This document shows, in pieces, positions 63,742 to 64,000 of a stretch of 64,000 nt of DNA (position 1 is the stretch's first letter; every line of letters starts with the position of its first letter). The DNA is taken from positions 29,140,001-29,204,000 of the forward strand of contig NC_043001.1 of assembly GCF_006345805.1 (NCBI RefSeq), in the 5' to 3' direction. The notes beneath the pieces are model-generated. The model ran no database searches. It was not told the DNA's origin and saw only the letters and a program-made list of their open reading frames with translations. The position numbers and the translations under genes are program-made. Source of the DNA: Octopus sinensis (lineage: Eukaryota).

Positions 63742-63812
63742 CCCCGGTCGAACCGTCCAACCCGTGCTAGCACGGAAAACGGACGTTAAACGATGATGAT
63801 GATGATGATGAT
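63742..63812 (+). mobile_element. Severely 5'-truncated RTE tail
   Basis: CCCGGTCGAACCGTCCAACCCGTGCTAGCACGGAAAACGGACGTTAAAC(GAT)n. Confidence 0.85.
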
Positions 63813-64000
63813 ATATATATATACATAGAAGTAAATATATGGTACAACGAAGTACCGATATTTACTGGAAAATAGCGAACGTAATAAATATGATGCTAAC
63901 GTATAGCTTCACCGCGTATGTACTAGCAAAAATACGTGTGTGTAACAAACTTGAAAAAAATTGTCTTACCTCCAGGGAGAACATCTGAAAGATGAAATAC

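Overview
AT-rich, repeat-saturated animal genomic DNA. The SINE and LINE families look cephalopod/octopus-like (inference from family recognition; no search was run). Most ORFs in the track are microsatellite or antisense artefacts. Protein-coding signal is almost all transposon-derived: a decayed Gypsy pol (19.8-22.3 kb), a full-length dead mariner (29466-30748), four same-strand R4/Dong-clade RLE LINE remnants (30.7-36.9 kb), two head-to-tail RTE LINEs with a PHD-type finger after the RT core (38.5-46.2 kb), two Penelope-like GIY-YIG fragments, and CR1/RTE scraps. There are a few weakly supported plus-strand host exons (best: 26015-26206). Non-coding elements include many CORE-type and other tRNA-derived SINEs, MITEs, non-autonomous Helitrons, a solo LTR, a 1049-bp tandem duplication and an 82-bp minisatellite. 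The most notable signal is not in the ORF track. Seven hammerhead-ribozyme-like motifs can be folded by hand: three near-canonical type I (10394, 24853, 54047), one with a 1-nt indel (54689), and three in a ~150-200-bp microsatellite-inserted mini-element with a minimal, probably dimer-dependent variant (10904, 26564, 60653). A 5S-rRNA-headed SINE candidate at 63558 shares its 3' tail with the dominant tRNA CORE-SINE.
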